DNA from: Geopsychrobacteraceae bacterium
Lineage (GTDB): Bacteria; Desulfobacterota; Desulfuromonadia; Desulfuromonadales; Geopsychrobacteraceae
Direction: 5' to 3'
DNA length: 64,000 nucleotides
Assembly (NCBI GenBank): GCA_963662315.1
Contig: OY759353.1
Location: forward strand, 2,144,001 to 2,208,000
Part shown: positions 1-10,783 of the stretch, piece after piece
Layout of the letters: each line of letters starts with the position of its first letter
Numbering within the stretch: the first letter of the stretch is position 1
Translations under genes and position numbers: made by a program
Notes under the pieces: generated by a model
What the model was told of the DNA's origin: nothing
Databases searched by the model: none
The model's input: the letters and a program-made list of their open reading frames with translations, nothing else

Positions 1-1622
1 TGACTTTTGAAAATAAACAGTGCATTACTTGTCATGGAACACTTGAAGATGTAGTAAAAAATGAGAGAGAAGGCATTGTATCACCCCATCAGTCTCACCT
101 GATTGGTGCCATTGCCTGTACAGCCTGCCATAAAGGCCACCAGAAATCCGTAGCGTATTGCGATGCATGTCACAGCTTTGGTTACCAGATGCCTTATGGC
201 GGCACCTGGCAGCGCACATTTGTCCCGGTTGATGCAGACCGGGAAGCCCAGGACAAAGCCATTGCCACTGGTGCAAAAGAGTACACGGACGTCGTGATCA
301 TCGGTTCCGGGGGTGCGGGGATGTCTGCGGCGGTTGCCGCACGTAATGCCGGAGCCAAGGTCATTCTGCTGGAGAAAGAACCGATCCCGGGCGGGAACAC
401 CAAACTGGCTGCAGGTGGTATGAACGCAGCCGAAACCAAGCCCCAGGCCAAGCTTGGTATCAAAGACAAAGTTGAGATCATGATCGCAGACACCATGAAA
501 GGCGGCCGTAATCTCAATGATCCACAGTTGGTCAGTATCTTGGCCAACAATTCTTCCGCGTCCATAGACTGGCTGACCAGTATGGGCGCTGATATGACGG
601 ATGTCGGGCGCATGGGAGGGGCGAGCGTTAACCGTAGCCACCGTCCGACTGGTGGCGCCGGCGTGGGTGCTCACGTTGCCCAGGTTCTGTGGAACAATGC
701 AGTTAAGCGCGGCACCGATATCCGCTTTAACAGCAGAGTGGTACGTATCCTGAAGAATGACCAGAACCAAGCCACCGGAGTTCTGGTTAAAGGGGCGGTA
801 AGCGGCTACTACGTTATCGGTGCCAATGCTGTCGTCCTGGCCACTGGCGGATTCGCTAAAAATAATGAGCGAGTTGCCAAGTATGACCCAAAACTCAAAG
901 GCTTTGCCGCAACTAATCACCCTGGAGCGACCGGCGATGGACTCGACGTCGCAGCCCTGGCCGGTGTTGCCACCCGCGACCTGAAAGAAATTCAGGCACA
1001 TCCGACCTACTCGCCTGTGGGTGGTGTTATGGTCACTGAAGCTGTCCGTGGCAACGGCGCAATTCTGGTCAACCGTGAAGGGGTCCGCTTTATCAATGAA
1101 ATTACCACCCGCGATAAAGCGTCAGCTGCTATTCTGGCCCAAAAAGGAGCAAGTGCTTACCTGATCTTTGATGATTCAGTCCGCAGAAGTCTGAAAAAAA
1201 TTGAAGGGTACATCCACCTGCACTTCGTTCTGGAAGGGAACAGCGTTGCCGAGCTGGCTGCAAAAATTCCAGTCCCGGCTGCGGCACTGGAACAAACGCT
1301 GACGACCTACAACCAAAGTGTAGAGGCCAAGAAGGATGCCGCTTTCCAACGCCCCAACCTACCACGCAAACTGGCTACCGCGCCTTATTATGCTATTGAG
1401 GTAACCCCAGCAGTCCATCACACCATGGGCGGAGTGGTCATCGATACCAAAGGCGAAGTCAAAGGTGAGGATGGCAAAATTATCGCCGGCCTGTTCGCGG
1501 CTGGAGAAGTCACTGGCGGTGTCCACGGCGGCAATCGCCTGGGCGGCAATGCCATTTCAGACATCGTAACCTTTGGTCGTATTGCAGGAACATCTGCCGC
1601 TGCTTACGCTCACAACAAGTAA
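1..1622 (+). CDS. fccA: Flavocytochrome c (soluble fumarate reductase, Fcc3/FccA type), 5' end outside window
   Basis: Frame is open from position 3 and encodes CITCH, CTACH and CDACH heme motifs upstream of the ORF-track Met at 189. FAD motif IIGSGGAG. Fcc3-type catalytic motifs IQAHPT, TTRD, HHTMGG and NRLGGN. Confidence 0.9.
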   Translation, partial: TFENKQCITCHGTLEDVVKNEREGIVSPHQSHLIGAIACTACHKGHQKSVAYCDACHSFGYQMPYGGTWQRTFVPVDADREAQDKAIATGAKEYTDVVIIGSGGAGMSAAVAARNAGAKVILLEKEPIPGGNTKLAAGGMNAAETKPQAKLGIKDKVEIMIADTMKGGRNLNDPQLVSILANNSSASIDWLTSMGADMTDVGRMGGASVNRSHRPTGGAGVGAHVAQVLWNNAVKRGTDIRFNSRVVRILKNDQNQATGVLVKGAVSGYYVIGANAVVLATGGFAKNNERVAKYDPKLKGFAATNHPGATGDGLDVAALAGVATRDLKEIQAHPTYSPVGGVMVTEAVRGNGAILVNREGVRFINEITTRDKASAAILAQKGASAYLIFDDSVRRSLKKIEGYIHLHFVLEGNSVAELAAKIPVPAAALEQTLTTYNQSVEAKKDAAFQRPNLPRKLATAPYYAIEVTPAVHHTMGGVVIDTKGEVKGEDGKIIAGLFAAGEVTGGVHGGNRLGGNAISDIVTFGRIAGTSAAAYAHNK

Positions 1623-1638
1623 AGTTCAATAAATCGAG

Positions 1639-1674
1639 ACGCAAAAAGTCCACATCCTAGTGGGCTTTTTGCGT
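1639..1674 (+). terminator. Intrinsic terminator after fccA
   Basis: ACGCAAAAAGTCCAC / GTGGGCTTTTTGCGT inverted repeat. Confidence 0.75.
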
Positions 1675-2123
1675 TGATTGATCGTCATTTAAAACGGAAA
1701 AACATTTACCAAGACCTGAACTTTAAAGTAAGAGCAGTAAGATATATACCCCCTATATACACCCTGATCCCATAAAACGCACTTTCCCCACTCGTGAACT
1801 GTAACCGAACCAGTTCTGCCAATAGCGAAGCACCCCTCCCTGAAGATTATCTAAGTAGCTATATTCAATCATTTAATTCAATAATGCCATTCAGAATACA
1901 ACATAAATTAAACATTGTTTTCATCACCATTAAAGAACCTTTTTTTACCCGCCAAGAATAAAAACTTTATATTTTCTACACTTACACAAAGACAAAAAAA
2001 TTAACAAATTATTATTAGACATTATTGACATTCTTTTGCAAGTAAGACTAAACTTACACAGCCAATACAGATAACGATGTTCTGTTCCCTCTGGCGTTTT
2101 TTTTGCATGCGAAAGGATTGCTC

Positions 2124-4514
2124 ATGAGCCTTAAATCTATCCAACTCAAAATTGCCTTACTGGCTGGTATATGCCTGTTGTTGACCGCTGGGATATTAGT
2201 CACGTACAGCTTGGTTACATCCAGGAGCACCCAGACCTTTACCATTGCCAATGTTTCTAAACAGCAAGAAAAAATGGCTCTGGATGGGCTTCAGACCCTG
2301 GCGGGTGAGCAGGCTGGAAAAATTCAGTCGGAGTTTGAACTTGCGCTTGATGCCGCACGAACCATGGCCAATGTCTTTGAGGTGGGTAAAACCAAAGACA
2401 AATATGGCATGACCACTCTCAACCTGAGCCGTTCCGGACTGAACGCGATACTCCTGAACGTGTTAAAGGCCAATCCAGCCTTTAACGGCACCTATTCCTG
2501 CTGGGAACCGGATGCCCTCGATGGGCTGGACCAGAACTACAAAAACGGTCTTGATGGCAATAATAATGAGACCGGCCGCTTCACCCCATACTGGACCCGT
2601 GATGCCAGTGGCAATATTGCGGTTCAGCCGTTGGTTGAATACGACACCAATGACAAACACCCCAATGGTGTCCTGAAAGGGGGTTGGTACATTGCACCGC
2701 GTGATGAGCGCCATGAGAGTGTACTCGGCCCTCTGCCTTACATCGTTCAAGGGAAACAGGTATGGCTGGCAACCATGTCAGTGCCGATCGTTGTCAACGA
2801 TAAATTCCTCGGCGTTGCCGGGGCGGACTATGACCTTTCGTTTGTCCAGAAGTTGAGTGAGAATGTTGACAAAGACCTGCTGGATGGCCAGGCCACCATT
2901 GTCATCCTAAGCGATGCCGGTCTGGTTATTGCGGACAGTGAAGCTCCCGACTCGATCGGTAAAAGTATCGACAACGTGCTCAAAAATGGTAAAGAGGAAG
3001 CTCTTCAAACCATCCGTGACGGCAAATCACGCACGATCGTCAATGAGCAGACCGGCAATGTGAACGTTTTCTACCCTATCAAGCTCGGCGCGACCGGTAA
3101 GCCCTGGTCAATTATGGTCAAGGTTCAAAAAAATATCATTCTGGCTGAAGCTCATCGTCTCAGTGATGAACTGACAATACGGGGGCAGTCAACTGCCATG
3201 TGGCAGATGGGTGTCAGCGTAGCGGTAATATTTGCCGCCCTGATCATCCTGTGGTGGTCTGCCCGGAGTATCGCAGGTCCGATTAAAGCAGCAGCACAGC
3301 TGGCAGACGCTATCAGACTGGGAGATTTCAGTAAACGCCTTAATCTGAAAAGTAAGGATGAAGTCGGTCAGCTTGCCCATTCACTCGATGAAATGGCGGA
3401 GGGCTTACAAGCTTCTGCCAACGTTGCGCAAGCCATTGCCCAGGGAGACCTGACCAAGACCGCCCGGGTTGCCTCTGAACATGATCAATTAGGCAATGCC
3501 TTGAAGACCATGATCGAAAACCTTCAGGAAATGGTTGGCAGTATTCAGGTTGCCGGTGAGCAGATCGCTTCCGGATCAGGACAGATAGCCAGCGCCAGCC
3601 AGGCCCTGTCAGAAGGGGCCACCCAATCGGCCAGTGCCATTGAAGAAGTGACAGCTTCAATGAACCAGATGGCCGAGCAGGTTAAGGTCAACGCCCATAA
3701 TGCCGCAACAGCGACCACTGTTTCTTCAGAATCACAAAAGGCGGCAACTAATGGTAATAACCGTATGGCTGAGATGGTCACAGCCATGGACAAGATTAAT
3801 CAGGCTGGCCAGAATATTTCTAAAATTATCAAGGTTATCGACGAAATCGCCTTTCAGACCAACCTGCTGGCCCTTAATGCCGCGGTTGAAGCTGCACGCG
3901 CCGGGCAACATGGTAAAGGTTTTGCCGTCGTGGCTGAAGAGGTCCGGAATTTGGCAGCCCGTAGTGCAAAAGCCGCTGAAGAGACCGCTGAACTCATCGA
4001 AGGTTCGGTAGCATTGACTGATCAGGGGGTCAAAATGGCCGAGCAGACAGCAGCAGCTCTGACAGAAATCATGACCGGAACGACCAAGGTTGCCGACCTG
4101 CTCAAAGAAATTGCTGCGGCGTCCAGTGAACAGGCTCAGGAAATTACCCAGGTCACCAGCGGACTGACCAGTATCGATCAGGTTGCCCAGCAAAATACCG
4201 CAAGTGCAGAAGAAAGCGCCGCAGCAGCAGAAGAGCTATCCGGTCAGGCAGCACACCTGCAAAGTATGCTGCAGCGCTTTATTCTCAAGCAGGGGCAAGA
4301 TAACAATCGACCAGCGCAAACGCAAAACTACAGACTTGGACAGCAGTCACTTTCCAGCCCGAGAACAAAATCACCAACAACTCCGAAGCCTGTAGGAAAA
4401 GTCGCCCCGCGAGCCCAAGCCAGCACGACTGCAGACAAAGGGTGGGGGGACCTGGAGAAGTCCAGCGCGAAAATCAAGATTTCCCTGGATGATGATGAAT
4501 TTGGTAAGTTCTGA
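2124..4514 (+). CDS. Methyl-accepting chemotaxis protein (Cache sensor, HAMP, MA domain)
   Basis: Two TM helices flank a periplasmic Cache-like domain (GRFTPYW, WYIAP). Signalling hairpin [35 protein letters not shown]-terminal pentapeptide EFGKF. ATG 2124 has AAAGGA upstream. Confidence 0.93.
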   Translation: MSLKSIQLKIALLAGICLLLTAGILVTYSLVTSRSTQTFTIANVSKQQEKMALDGLQTLAGEQAGKIQSEFELALDAARTMANVFEVGKTKDKYGMTTLNLSRSGLNAILLNVLKANPAFNGTYSCWEPDALDGLDQNYKNGLDGNNNETGRFTPYWTRDASGNIAVQPLVEYDTNDKHPNGVLKGGWYIAPRDERHESVLGPLPYIVQGKQVWLATMSVPIVVNDKFLGVAGADYDLSFVQKLSENVDKDLLDGQATIVILSDAGLVIADSEAPDSIGKSIDNVLKNGKEEALQTIRDGKSRTIVNEQTGNVNVFYPIKLGATGKPWSIMVKVQKNIILAEAHRLSDELTIRGQSTAMWQMGVSVAVIFAALIILWWSARSIAGPIKAAAQLADAIRLGDFSKRLNLKSKDEVGQLAHSLDEMAEGLQASANVAQAIAQGDLTKTARVASEHDQLGNALKTMIENLQEMVGSIQVAGEQIASGSGQIASASQALSEGATQSASAIEEVTASMNQMAEQVKVNAHNAATATTVSSESQKAATNGNNRMAEMVTAMDKINQAGQNISKIIKVIDEIAFQTNLLALNAAVEAARAGQHGKGFAVVAEEVRNLAARSAKAAEETAELIEGSVALTDQGVKMAEQTAAALTEIMTGTTKVADLLKEIAAASSEQAQEITQVTSGLTSIDQVAQQNTASAEESAAAAEELSGQAAHLQSMLQRFILKQGQDNNRPAQTQNYRLGQQSLSSPRTKSPTTPKPVGKVAPRAQASTTADKGWGDLEKSSAKIKISLDDDEFGKF

Positions 4515-4585
4515 CTTTAATTGTCTCGCGCAACGCCCAAAGTTCAGGGCGTTGCGACAACAGCAAAACAATTTGTGCGACCAAC

Positions 4586-4622
4586 AAAAAAAGCGCTCTG
4601 TGCATTCTCAGAGCGCTTTTTT
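4586..4622. terminator. Bidirectional intrinsic terminator
   Basis: AAAAAAAGCGCTCTG...CAGAGCGCTTTTTT. Confidence 0.8.
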
Positions 4623-4989
4623 CTTCATTTCTTTCTCTATTTTGCCCCCGAACGAGAGGGCCACTCCGGGATTATCTTAAGCCTAACGATGAATCCCGTC
4701 ATTTAAGTTTCACTATTTTTTACAGGCCCTTCGCTAGGTAACATGGTGGCTCAGAGACGGTCATAATGTCTTCCTCCTTTAGCGTTTGAGGTAATTTAAA
4801 TATACCACAAAACCAGCTGTCTGTGGCAAGCCCATCGGTAAAAAAAATGTTCTCCATCCTTAGATTTCATTTATCTGCATTGAAATAGAGTAAAAAACAG
4901 TTGCTGTAAAATCAATTCCAATATATCTTTTATTCATATTATCATTATATCAATTAAAAAATAACCTTCAGCAGAGGGATTCAACAATC

Positions 4990-5709
4990 ATGACAAAACA
5001 GAATATCGTGCGCCCGATTAAGCGAACCCGACTGCACGAGCAGGTTGCCCGGACCCTGAGTCTCAAGATTCTGAATCGTGAATTGCAACCGGACACCCTG
5101 CTGCCCAATGAAGAATCGCTCTCCCAACTTTTCGACGTCAGCAAACCTGTGATCCGTGAAGCCATTAACTTCATGGATGCCAAAGGTCTGGTTCAGGTAC
5201 GCCCCCGTATCGGAGCCAGGGTCTGCGACCCTTCCAGTTGGATCATTAATGATCCGGTGTTGATGAAATGGCGGATTGAAAGTTCTCCGGGAAAAAAGTT
5301 CATTCTCAACCTGCTTGAAGTACGGACTATTATTGAGCCCATCGCAGCGGGCCTTGCTGCTGAACGCGCGACCGCTACTGATTTGGAAAAGATTGATGCG
5401 GCTCTTGAACTCATGGAACAGGCCGATAGCCTGAACAGACATATTGCTGCGGATATTCAGTTCCACCTGGCAATTCTCGAAGCCTGCGGCAATGACCTAT
5501 TGATCAGCTCACTTAAACCTGTCATCGACACCGTCCTCGGATCAAGTTTCACCCAGTTTATCCACTCCTTTTCTGCCGCTAAGGATTCCATTGCGGTACA
5601 CCGTCAGGTTGCTGATGCAATCAGAGACAAGGATGATAATGCGGCAATTGAAGCGATGAAACAGATCATCAAGAGCTCTGCTGATGACATTCAGGCAAAC
5701 AACGGCTGA
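4990..5709 (+). CDS. FadR/GntR-family transcriptional regulator (DgoR-like)
   Basis: N-terminal wHTH (LPNEESLSQLFDVSKPVIREAI...GLVQVRPRIG) and FCD domain (ADIQFHLAILEACGN). Confidence 0.9.
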   Translation: MTKQNIVRPIKRTRLHEQVARTLSLKILNRELQPDTLLPNEESLSQLFDVSKPVIREAINFMDAKGLVQVRPRIGARVCDPSSWIINDPVLMKWRIESSPGKKFILNLLEVRTIIEPIAAGLAAERATATDLEKIDAALELMEQADSLNRHIAADIQFHLAILEACGNDLLISSLKPVIDTVLGSSFTQFIHSFSAAKDSIAVHRQVADAIRDKDDNAAIEAMKQIIKSSADDIQANNG

Positions 5710-5827
5710 TGACAGATTATAAGCCAATGCTAGCCTACAGCCAGCCGTCGACCGACATCTCAGTAACCACAAATAAACATGATTGATAGCAACAAAGTAT
5801 CCCAATATATTGTAACAGGAGGCTAAA

Positions 5828-7024
5828 ATGAAGATTACCGCCGTTGAGACCTTGATTCTCGAAGAGTTCAACAATGTGACCTGGGTCCGGGTCCATACGG
5901 ACGAAGGAATTACCGGTATCGGTGAAACTTACTACGGTTCAGGCGCCGTCAGCGCCCATATTCACGACACACTTGCGGCTCGTCTGCTGGGTAAAAACCC
6001 TCTCAACATTGAAGCCCTCAATCGCGAGATGGTCAACCTCCCACTGGCCCAGGCCTCTACCGGTGCCGAATACCGTGCCGCATCAGCGATTGATATTGCC
6101 CTGTGGGACCTGTACGGCAAGGTTGTCAACCAACCGGTTCACCAGTTACTAGGAGGTCTGTGTTGGGACAAGCTGCGGGTTTACAACACCTGCGCCGGCT
6201 ATCGTTATGTCAGGTCGGCCAACATCCGGCCAGTCGACACCTGGAACTTCAGTAGCGACGGCCCCTATGAAGACCTGCAGGGGTTCATGGAACGTCCTGC
6301 CGAACTCGCCCAGAGCCTGCTCGACATGGGAATCAGCGCCATGAAAATCTGGCCTTTTGACCCGGCAGCCAACGCAAACAAGGGGCGATACATTTCTGCC
6401 GCTGAGATGAAAAAAGCTCTCTGGCCTTTCGAAGAGATCCGTAAGGCGGTCGGCGATAAAATGGATATTATGGTTGAGTTCCACTGCTTGTGGGATCTAC
6501 CAACCGCCAAACAGATTGCCCGTGAATTGGAGCCCTTCAAACCTTATTGGTTCGAAGATTCAATCCGCATGAACTCACCACAAGCCTTGGCTGAGTATGC
6601 CCGCTCAACTCCGATTCGCGTATGCGCCAGCGAAACCCTTGGCTCAGCAATGCCCTACAACGAGATGCTGCGTCATGATGCCATTGATGTTGTTATGGTT
6701 GATATCTGTTGGACCGGCGGGATTACCGAAGCGCGCAAGATCGCAATTTTGGCGGATATCCATCATAAACCTTTCGCCCCCCATGACTGCACCGGGCCCA
6801 TCGGTCTGGCCGCAGCGGTTCACACCGCACTCAGCCAGCCTAACTCATTGATTCAGGAGACCGTTCGCGCCTTCTACACCGGTTGGTACAAAGAAGTTGT
6901 TACCACCATCCCAACCATCAAAGATGGCTATGTCTATCCGATGGAAGGCCCCGGCCTTGGTATTGACCTGTTGCCCGAAGTCATGAAACGCGACGACCTG
7001 ATCGTCAGAAAATCAACGCTGTAA
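5828..7024 (+). CDS. Mandelate racemase/enolase-superfamily enzyme, probable sugar-acid dehydratase
   Basis: VRVHTDEGITGIGET, AIDIALWDLYGK, metal-ligand segments VEFH/WFED/ASET, and PHDCTGP. Confidence 0.88.
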   Translation: MKITAVETLILEEFNNVTWVRVHTDEGITGIGETYYGSGAVSAHIHDTLAARLLGKNPLNIEALNREMVNLPLAQASTGAEYRAASAIDIALWDLYGKVVNQPVHQLLGGLCWDKLRVYNTCAGYRYVRSANIRPVDTWNFSSDGPYEDLQGFMERPAELAQSLLDMGISAMKIWPFDPAANANKGRYISAAEMKKALWPFEEIRKAVGDKMDIMVEFHCLWDLPTAKQIARELEPFKPYWFEDSIRMNSPQALAEYARSTPIRVCASETLGSAMPYNEMLRHDAIDVVMVDICWTGGITEARKIAILADIHHKPFAPHDCTGPIGLAAAVHTALSQPNSLIQETVRAFYTGWYKEVVTTIPTIKDGYVYPMEGPGLGIDLLPEVMKRDDLIVRKSTL

Positions 7025-7039
7025 GAAGGAGATTGCTTA

Positions 7040-7816
7040 ATGTCTTTAGTAAATCAACTGTTCGACCTGACTGGAAAAACCGCCCTGATTACCGGCGGTA
7101 GCCGTGGTCTTGGCAAAGATATGGCAAAAGCGCTTGCCGAAGCCGGGGCTAAAATTGTTATCAATGGACAGAATCTGGACACTCTGCAAAAAACTGCAGA
7201 TGAGTTTAAAGCGGCGGGCTACCAGATTGAGACCTCGCCATTTGATGTTCGTGATGAGAAAAGTGTTGTTGCTGCTTTTGAAAAGCTGGATAAAGAAGGA
7301 ATTTCCATCGACATCCTGGTCAACAATGCCGGTATTCAGCATCGTCAACCGATGGTCGATTTGTCTTGCGCTGACTGGCAGCGGGTTATCGACACTAACC
7401 TGACCAGCGCCTTCCTGGTTGGACGCGAAGTCGCCAAACGGATGATCGCAGCCGGTAAAGGTGGCAAAATCATCAATATCGGTTCTCTGACGAGCGATGT
7501 TGCCCGCGCTACCGTTGCGCCTTACACTGCAGCCAAAGGCGGCGTTAAAATGTTGACCAAGGCGATGTCCGCCGAATGGGCAAAATTCAACATTCAGGCG
7601 AATGCCATTGGTCCCGGTTACATGCTGACCGAAATGACCAAGCCTCTGGCGGATGATCCAAAATTCGACGGCTGGGTCAAAAGCCGTACTCCGTCAGAGC
7701 GTTGGGGTCTTCCGGAAGATCTGATGGGTACCATCATCTTCCTCAGTTCGTCTGCCTCTAATTACGTCAACGGCCAGATTCTTTATGTTGATGGTGGCAT
7801 GTTGTCGGTGCTTTAA
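7040..7816 (+). CDS. idnO: Gluconate 5-dehydrogenase-like SDR
   Basis: FDLTGKTALITGGSRGLG, NNAGIQHR, YTAAKGG, NAIGPGY and RTPSERWG are typical of Gno/IdnO. Confidence 0.8.
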   Translation: MSLVNQLFDLTGKTALITGGSRGLGKDMAKALAEAGAKIVINGQNLDTLQKTADEFKAAGYQIETSPFDVRDEKSVVAAFEKLDKEGISIDILVNNAGIQHRQPMVDLSCADWQRVIDTNLTSAFLVGREVAKRMIAAGKGGKIINIGSLTSDVARATVAPYTAAKGGVKMLTKAMSAEWAKFNIQANAIGPGYMLTEMTKPLADDPKFDGWVKSRTPSERWGLPEDLMGTIIFLSSSASNYVNGQILYVDGGMLSVL

Positions 7817-7838
7817 AAGATATCAGTATCCCCTGCCC

Positions 7839-7872
7839 AAAAGGCTCATTTCAATGCGAAATGAGCCTTTTC
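7839..7872 (+). terminator. Intrinsic terminator of the sugar-acid operon
   Basis: AAAAGGCTCATTTC...GAAATGAGCCTTTT. Confidence 0.8.
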
Positions 7873-7949
7873 TATTTTATAGAAGCCCATACCAAACGAC
7901 TCCTAAGCGGCGTTCCATCCGCCCTGGAGAACTAAATCAATACTGAATT

Positions 7950-8060
7950 AAAGAAGAAGAGCCGACATCGGAAGGGGGGGACGATGTCGGCTCCAAACAG
8001 GAAAAAAGGTATGAGAGGTTTCAGCATCAGCATTTCAACTTCAACAGCGACCTGCTGATA
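7950..8060 (-). ncRNA. Candidate small RNA
   Basis: Minus-strand 12-bp hairpin (7959-7993) with a C-rich loop and U-rich tail. TTCATT-N17-TAAATT promoter-like element at 8095-8067. No minus-strand CDS feeds it. Confidence 0.4.
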
Positions 8061-8280
8061 ACAGGTAATTTAGCCTAATCCGTGAACACAATGAACGTGT
8101 CATCAGGCAAATTTTTGTAGCCGAAACGACAATGTCAAGCTGCGCCTTTGCACAGCATATTACGCCCTCCCCCCCAAGTTATGCTATCCACAAAGTCCCC
8201 TTCTGTACCAATTGCCCAGAACCGTTGTTATGATGTATAGATTAAATAGACCTATTAATTTATTGATGGAGGAGACAGCT

Positions 8281-8964
8281 ATGAACACACTTACTTGGTA
8301 CGGTCATGCTGCCATTGGCCTGAAAACGTCTGATGCACAATTGATTATTGATCCATTTTTCACCGGGAATCCCGCAGCTTCGACCTCAGCTGACAAGATC
8401 GACACCGACTATATTCTTATCAGCCATGGTCATGGTGATCATGTTGGTGACGCGCTGGAACTGGCGAGACGCACCAAAGCAAAGGTTATTGCCAATGCTG
8501 AAATCGTCAACTGGATAAAAAAACAGAATTACGAAAATGTCCATGCCCAACACCTTGGTGGCGGTTTCAAGCATCCCTTCGGCTATCTCAAACTGACGCT
8601 TGCTCTGCATGGTTCACAAATGCCAGATGGCTCCTACGGCGGGAATCCCTGTGGTTTTCTGCTGACCTGCAATGACGGTAAAAAGATCTACATGGCACAG
8701 GACACTGGCCTGTTTGGAGATATGGCCCTGATCGGAGAAGAAGGTATTGATGTTGCCCTTATTCCTATTGGTGATAACTTCACCATGGGTCCGGTCGACG
8801 CCCTGCGCGCGGTGAAACTACTGAAACCTAACGTCGTCATCCCGATTCATTACAGTACCTGGGGGCTGATTGAGCAAGATCCTATCACCTGGGGTAAGCA
8901 AGTGATGGAAGAAACGGACACTAAAGCAGTTGTTCTTAACGCTGGAGAAACTTTTGACTTTTAG
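8281..8964 (+). CDS. Metal-dependent hydrolase, metallo-beta-lactamase fold (UPF0173/UlaG-like)
   Basis: TWYGHA, IDPFFTGNP, SHGHGDHVGD, PIGDNFTM and PIHY motifs. GGAGGAG RBS before ATG 8281. Confidence 0.9.
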   Translation: MNTLTWYGHAAIGLKTSDAQLIIDPFFTGNPAASTSADKIDTDYILISHGHGDHVGDALELARRTKAKVIANAEIVNWIKKQNYENVHAQHLGGGFKHPFGYLKLTLALHGSQMPDGSYGGNPCGFLLTCNDGKKIYMAQDTGLFGDMALIGEEGIDVALIPIGDNFTMGPVDALRAVKLLKPNVVIPIHYSTWGLIEQDPITWGKQVMEETDTKAVVLNAGETFDF

Positions 8965-9186
8965 TTTCGGCCCCATAAGCCACGAAGACACTCATAATAA
9001 CGCCTTCTTGTACCTTCGTGGCTTATAACCGATCCTTCACCATTCCTGCCTGTTTCACATTCCCCTCCCTTTTCATTTTTTCAGCAAAAACAACTTCAGC
9101 AGTAGAATCTAACTAAAAAACATGCTAACCTTTATGACAATTTTGGTCATATTTTATTTTCTTTACCATACCAAGGAGTTAGATCA

Positions 9187-9363
9187 ATGGAAGTCACTGA
9201 ACAAGTTCTTGAAGTTATGCGTGCCAATGCTGAACCCCTCAATGCCGGAAAAATTGCCGAACTGGGTGGCATTGATCGCAAAGAGGTTGACAAAGCCATG
9301 ACAAAACTGAAAAAAGAAGGAAAAATCGTCTCGCCGAAGCGTTGTTACTGGACTGCAGCATAA
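9187..9363 (+). CDS. 58-aa stand-alone winged-helix protein (not in ORF track)
   Basis: AAGGAG RBS; translates as [58 protein letters not shown]. Confidence 0.85.
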   Translation: MEVTEQVLEVMRANAEPLNAGKIAELGGIDRKEVDKAMTKLKKEGKIVSPKRCYWTAA

Positions 9364-9650
9364 CCAAGCAACCAGTCTGCCAGATAGACAGCGTCCAGAC
9401 TTTTTTGCCACCAAGGCCCTAAGAGAACATTTATGCAGTTCCTGAATCAGATTTTCTTAGTGCCTTGGTGACTATGTGGCTAACAAATTACAAAGAGACC
9501 TTGCCTCGCAAACTGTCACAGCTATCCGACCAGACAGAACTCTCATCCTTTTTTAATCATTTTGCGACAGAAAGAACTCCTATTTTTAAAATAACTTGTG
9601 CTAAGATTCGCGCCTGTTTTTTCATTCAGCTTTGATTGGAGTCCAACAGT

Positions 9651-10658
9651 ATGAAACGTGATTTAGCAATGGCTTTCTCCCGTGTGACCGAAGGTGCCGC
9701 GCTTGCCGGCCACAAATGGCTTGGTCGTGGTGACAAAAATGCTGCCGATGGTGCGGCTGTCGAGGTTATGCGTGAACTGCTTAATAAAACCGAAATTGAA
9801 GGCGAAATCGTCATTGGTGAAGGTGAAATTGATGATGCCCCAATGCTTTACATTGGTGAAAAGGTCGGTCGTGGTGGCGATGCTGTCGATATCGCCGTCG
9901 ATCCGATTGAAGGGACCCGCATGACCGCCATGGGACAGTCAAACGCCCTGTCGGTTCTGGCCGCCGGTGAAAAAGGAAGCTTCCTCAAAGCCCCTGACAT
10001 GTATATGGAAAAACTGGTCGTTGGCCCTGGTGCCAAAGGCTGTATCGACCTCGACCATCCGCTGAAAGAAAACCTGGTTTATGTAGCTGCAGCGCTTAAG
10101 AAAAATCTGCGCGACCTGGTCGTCATCACCCTGGCCAAACCGCGCCATGACCAGGTTATCAAAGAGATGCAGCAAATGGGTGTTAAAGTCTTCGCGGTTC
10201 CGGATGGCGATGTCGCGGCGTCGATCCTGTCCTGTATGCCGGACAGCGAAGTCGATATGATGTACTGCATCGGCGGCGCTCCGGAAGGGGTTGTTTCTGC
10301 TGCTGTCATCCGCGCCCTGAATGGCGACATGCAGGGCCGCCTGCTGCCACGCCATCAGGTCAAAGGCGATACGGAAGAGAACCGTGCATTCGGCGAAATG
10401 GAACTGGCCCGCTGTGCTGAAATGGGCGTTGAAGCCAACAAGATCCTGCGCATGGAAGACATGGTCCGCAGTGACAATGTGGTCTTCTCCGCAACGGGTA
10501 TCACCAAGGGAGACCTGCTCGAAGGGGTCACACGCAACGGCAACATCGCCACCACAGAAACTCTGGTTATCCGTGGCCGCAGCCGCACCATCCGCCGTAT
10601 CAAGTCGATCCACTATCTGGAGCGTAAAGATCCGGAAGTCAGAGATCTGATTCTGTAA
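9651..10658 (+). CDS. glpX: Class II fructose-1,6-bisphosphatase
   Basis: GRGDKNAADGAAV, VIGEGEIDDAPML, DIAVDPIEGT, DGDV and GGAPEGV. Confidence 0.96.
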   Translation: MKRDLAMAFSRVTEGAALAGHKWLGRGDKNAADGAAVEVMRELLNKTEIEGEIVIGEGEIDDAPMLYIGEKVGRGGDAVDIAVDPIEGTRMTAMGQSNALSVLAAGEKGSFLKAPDMYMEKLVVGPGAKGCIDLDHPLKENLVYVAAALKKNLRDLVVITLAKPRHDQVIKEMQQMGVKVFAVPDGDVAASILSCMPDSEVDMMYCIGGAPEGVVSAAVIRALNGDMQGRLLPRHQVKGDTEENRAFGEMELARCAEMGVEANKILRMEDMVRSDNVVFSATGITKGDLLEGVTRNGNIATTETLVIRGRSRTIRRIKSIHYLERKDPEVRDLIL

Positions 10659-10681
10659 CTGGCAGAGTTTGACAGATAGAT

Positions 10682-10725
10682 AAAAAAACGCCTCCAATCC
10701 TTACAGGATCTGGAGGCGTTTTTTT
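10682..10725. terminator. Bidirectional terminator between convergent glpX and nrdB
   Basis: AAAAAAACGCCTCCA...TGGAGGCGTTTTTTT. Confidence 0.8.
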
Positions 10726-10783
10726 ATTTAACCATCGTTAAAACTTCAGCTAATTTTACAATATTGGCTATAAAGTTTTTGCT

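Noticed and set aside
81..1001. Long antisense ORFs (e.g. 81-1001, 9939-10697, 12991-13659)
   Set aside because: They are shadows of well-conserved genes on the opposite strand and have no recognisable motifs.
2092..2107. Sigma54-like TGGCGTTTTTTTTGCA before the first MCP
   Set aside because: The implied start site would fall downstream of the RBS, only ~6 nt before ATG 2124; a FliA-like match at 2049-2074 has off-consensus spacing.
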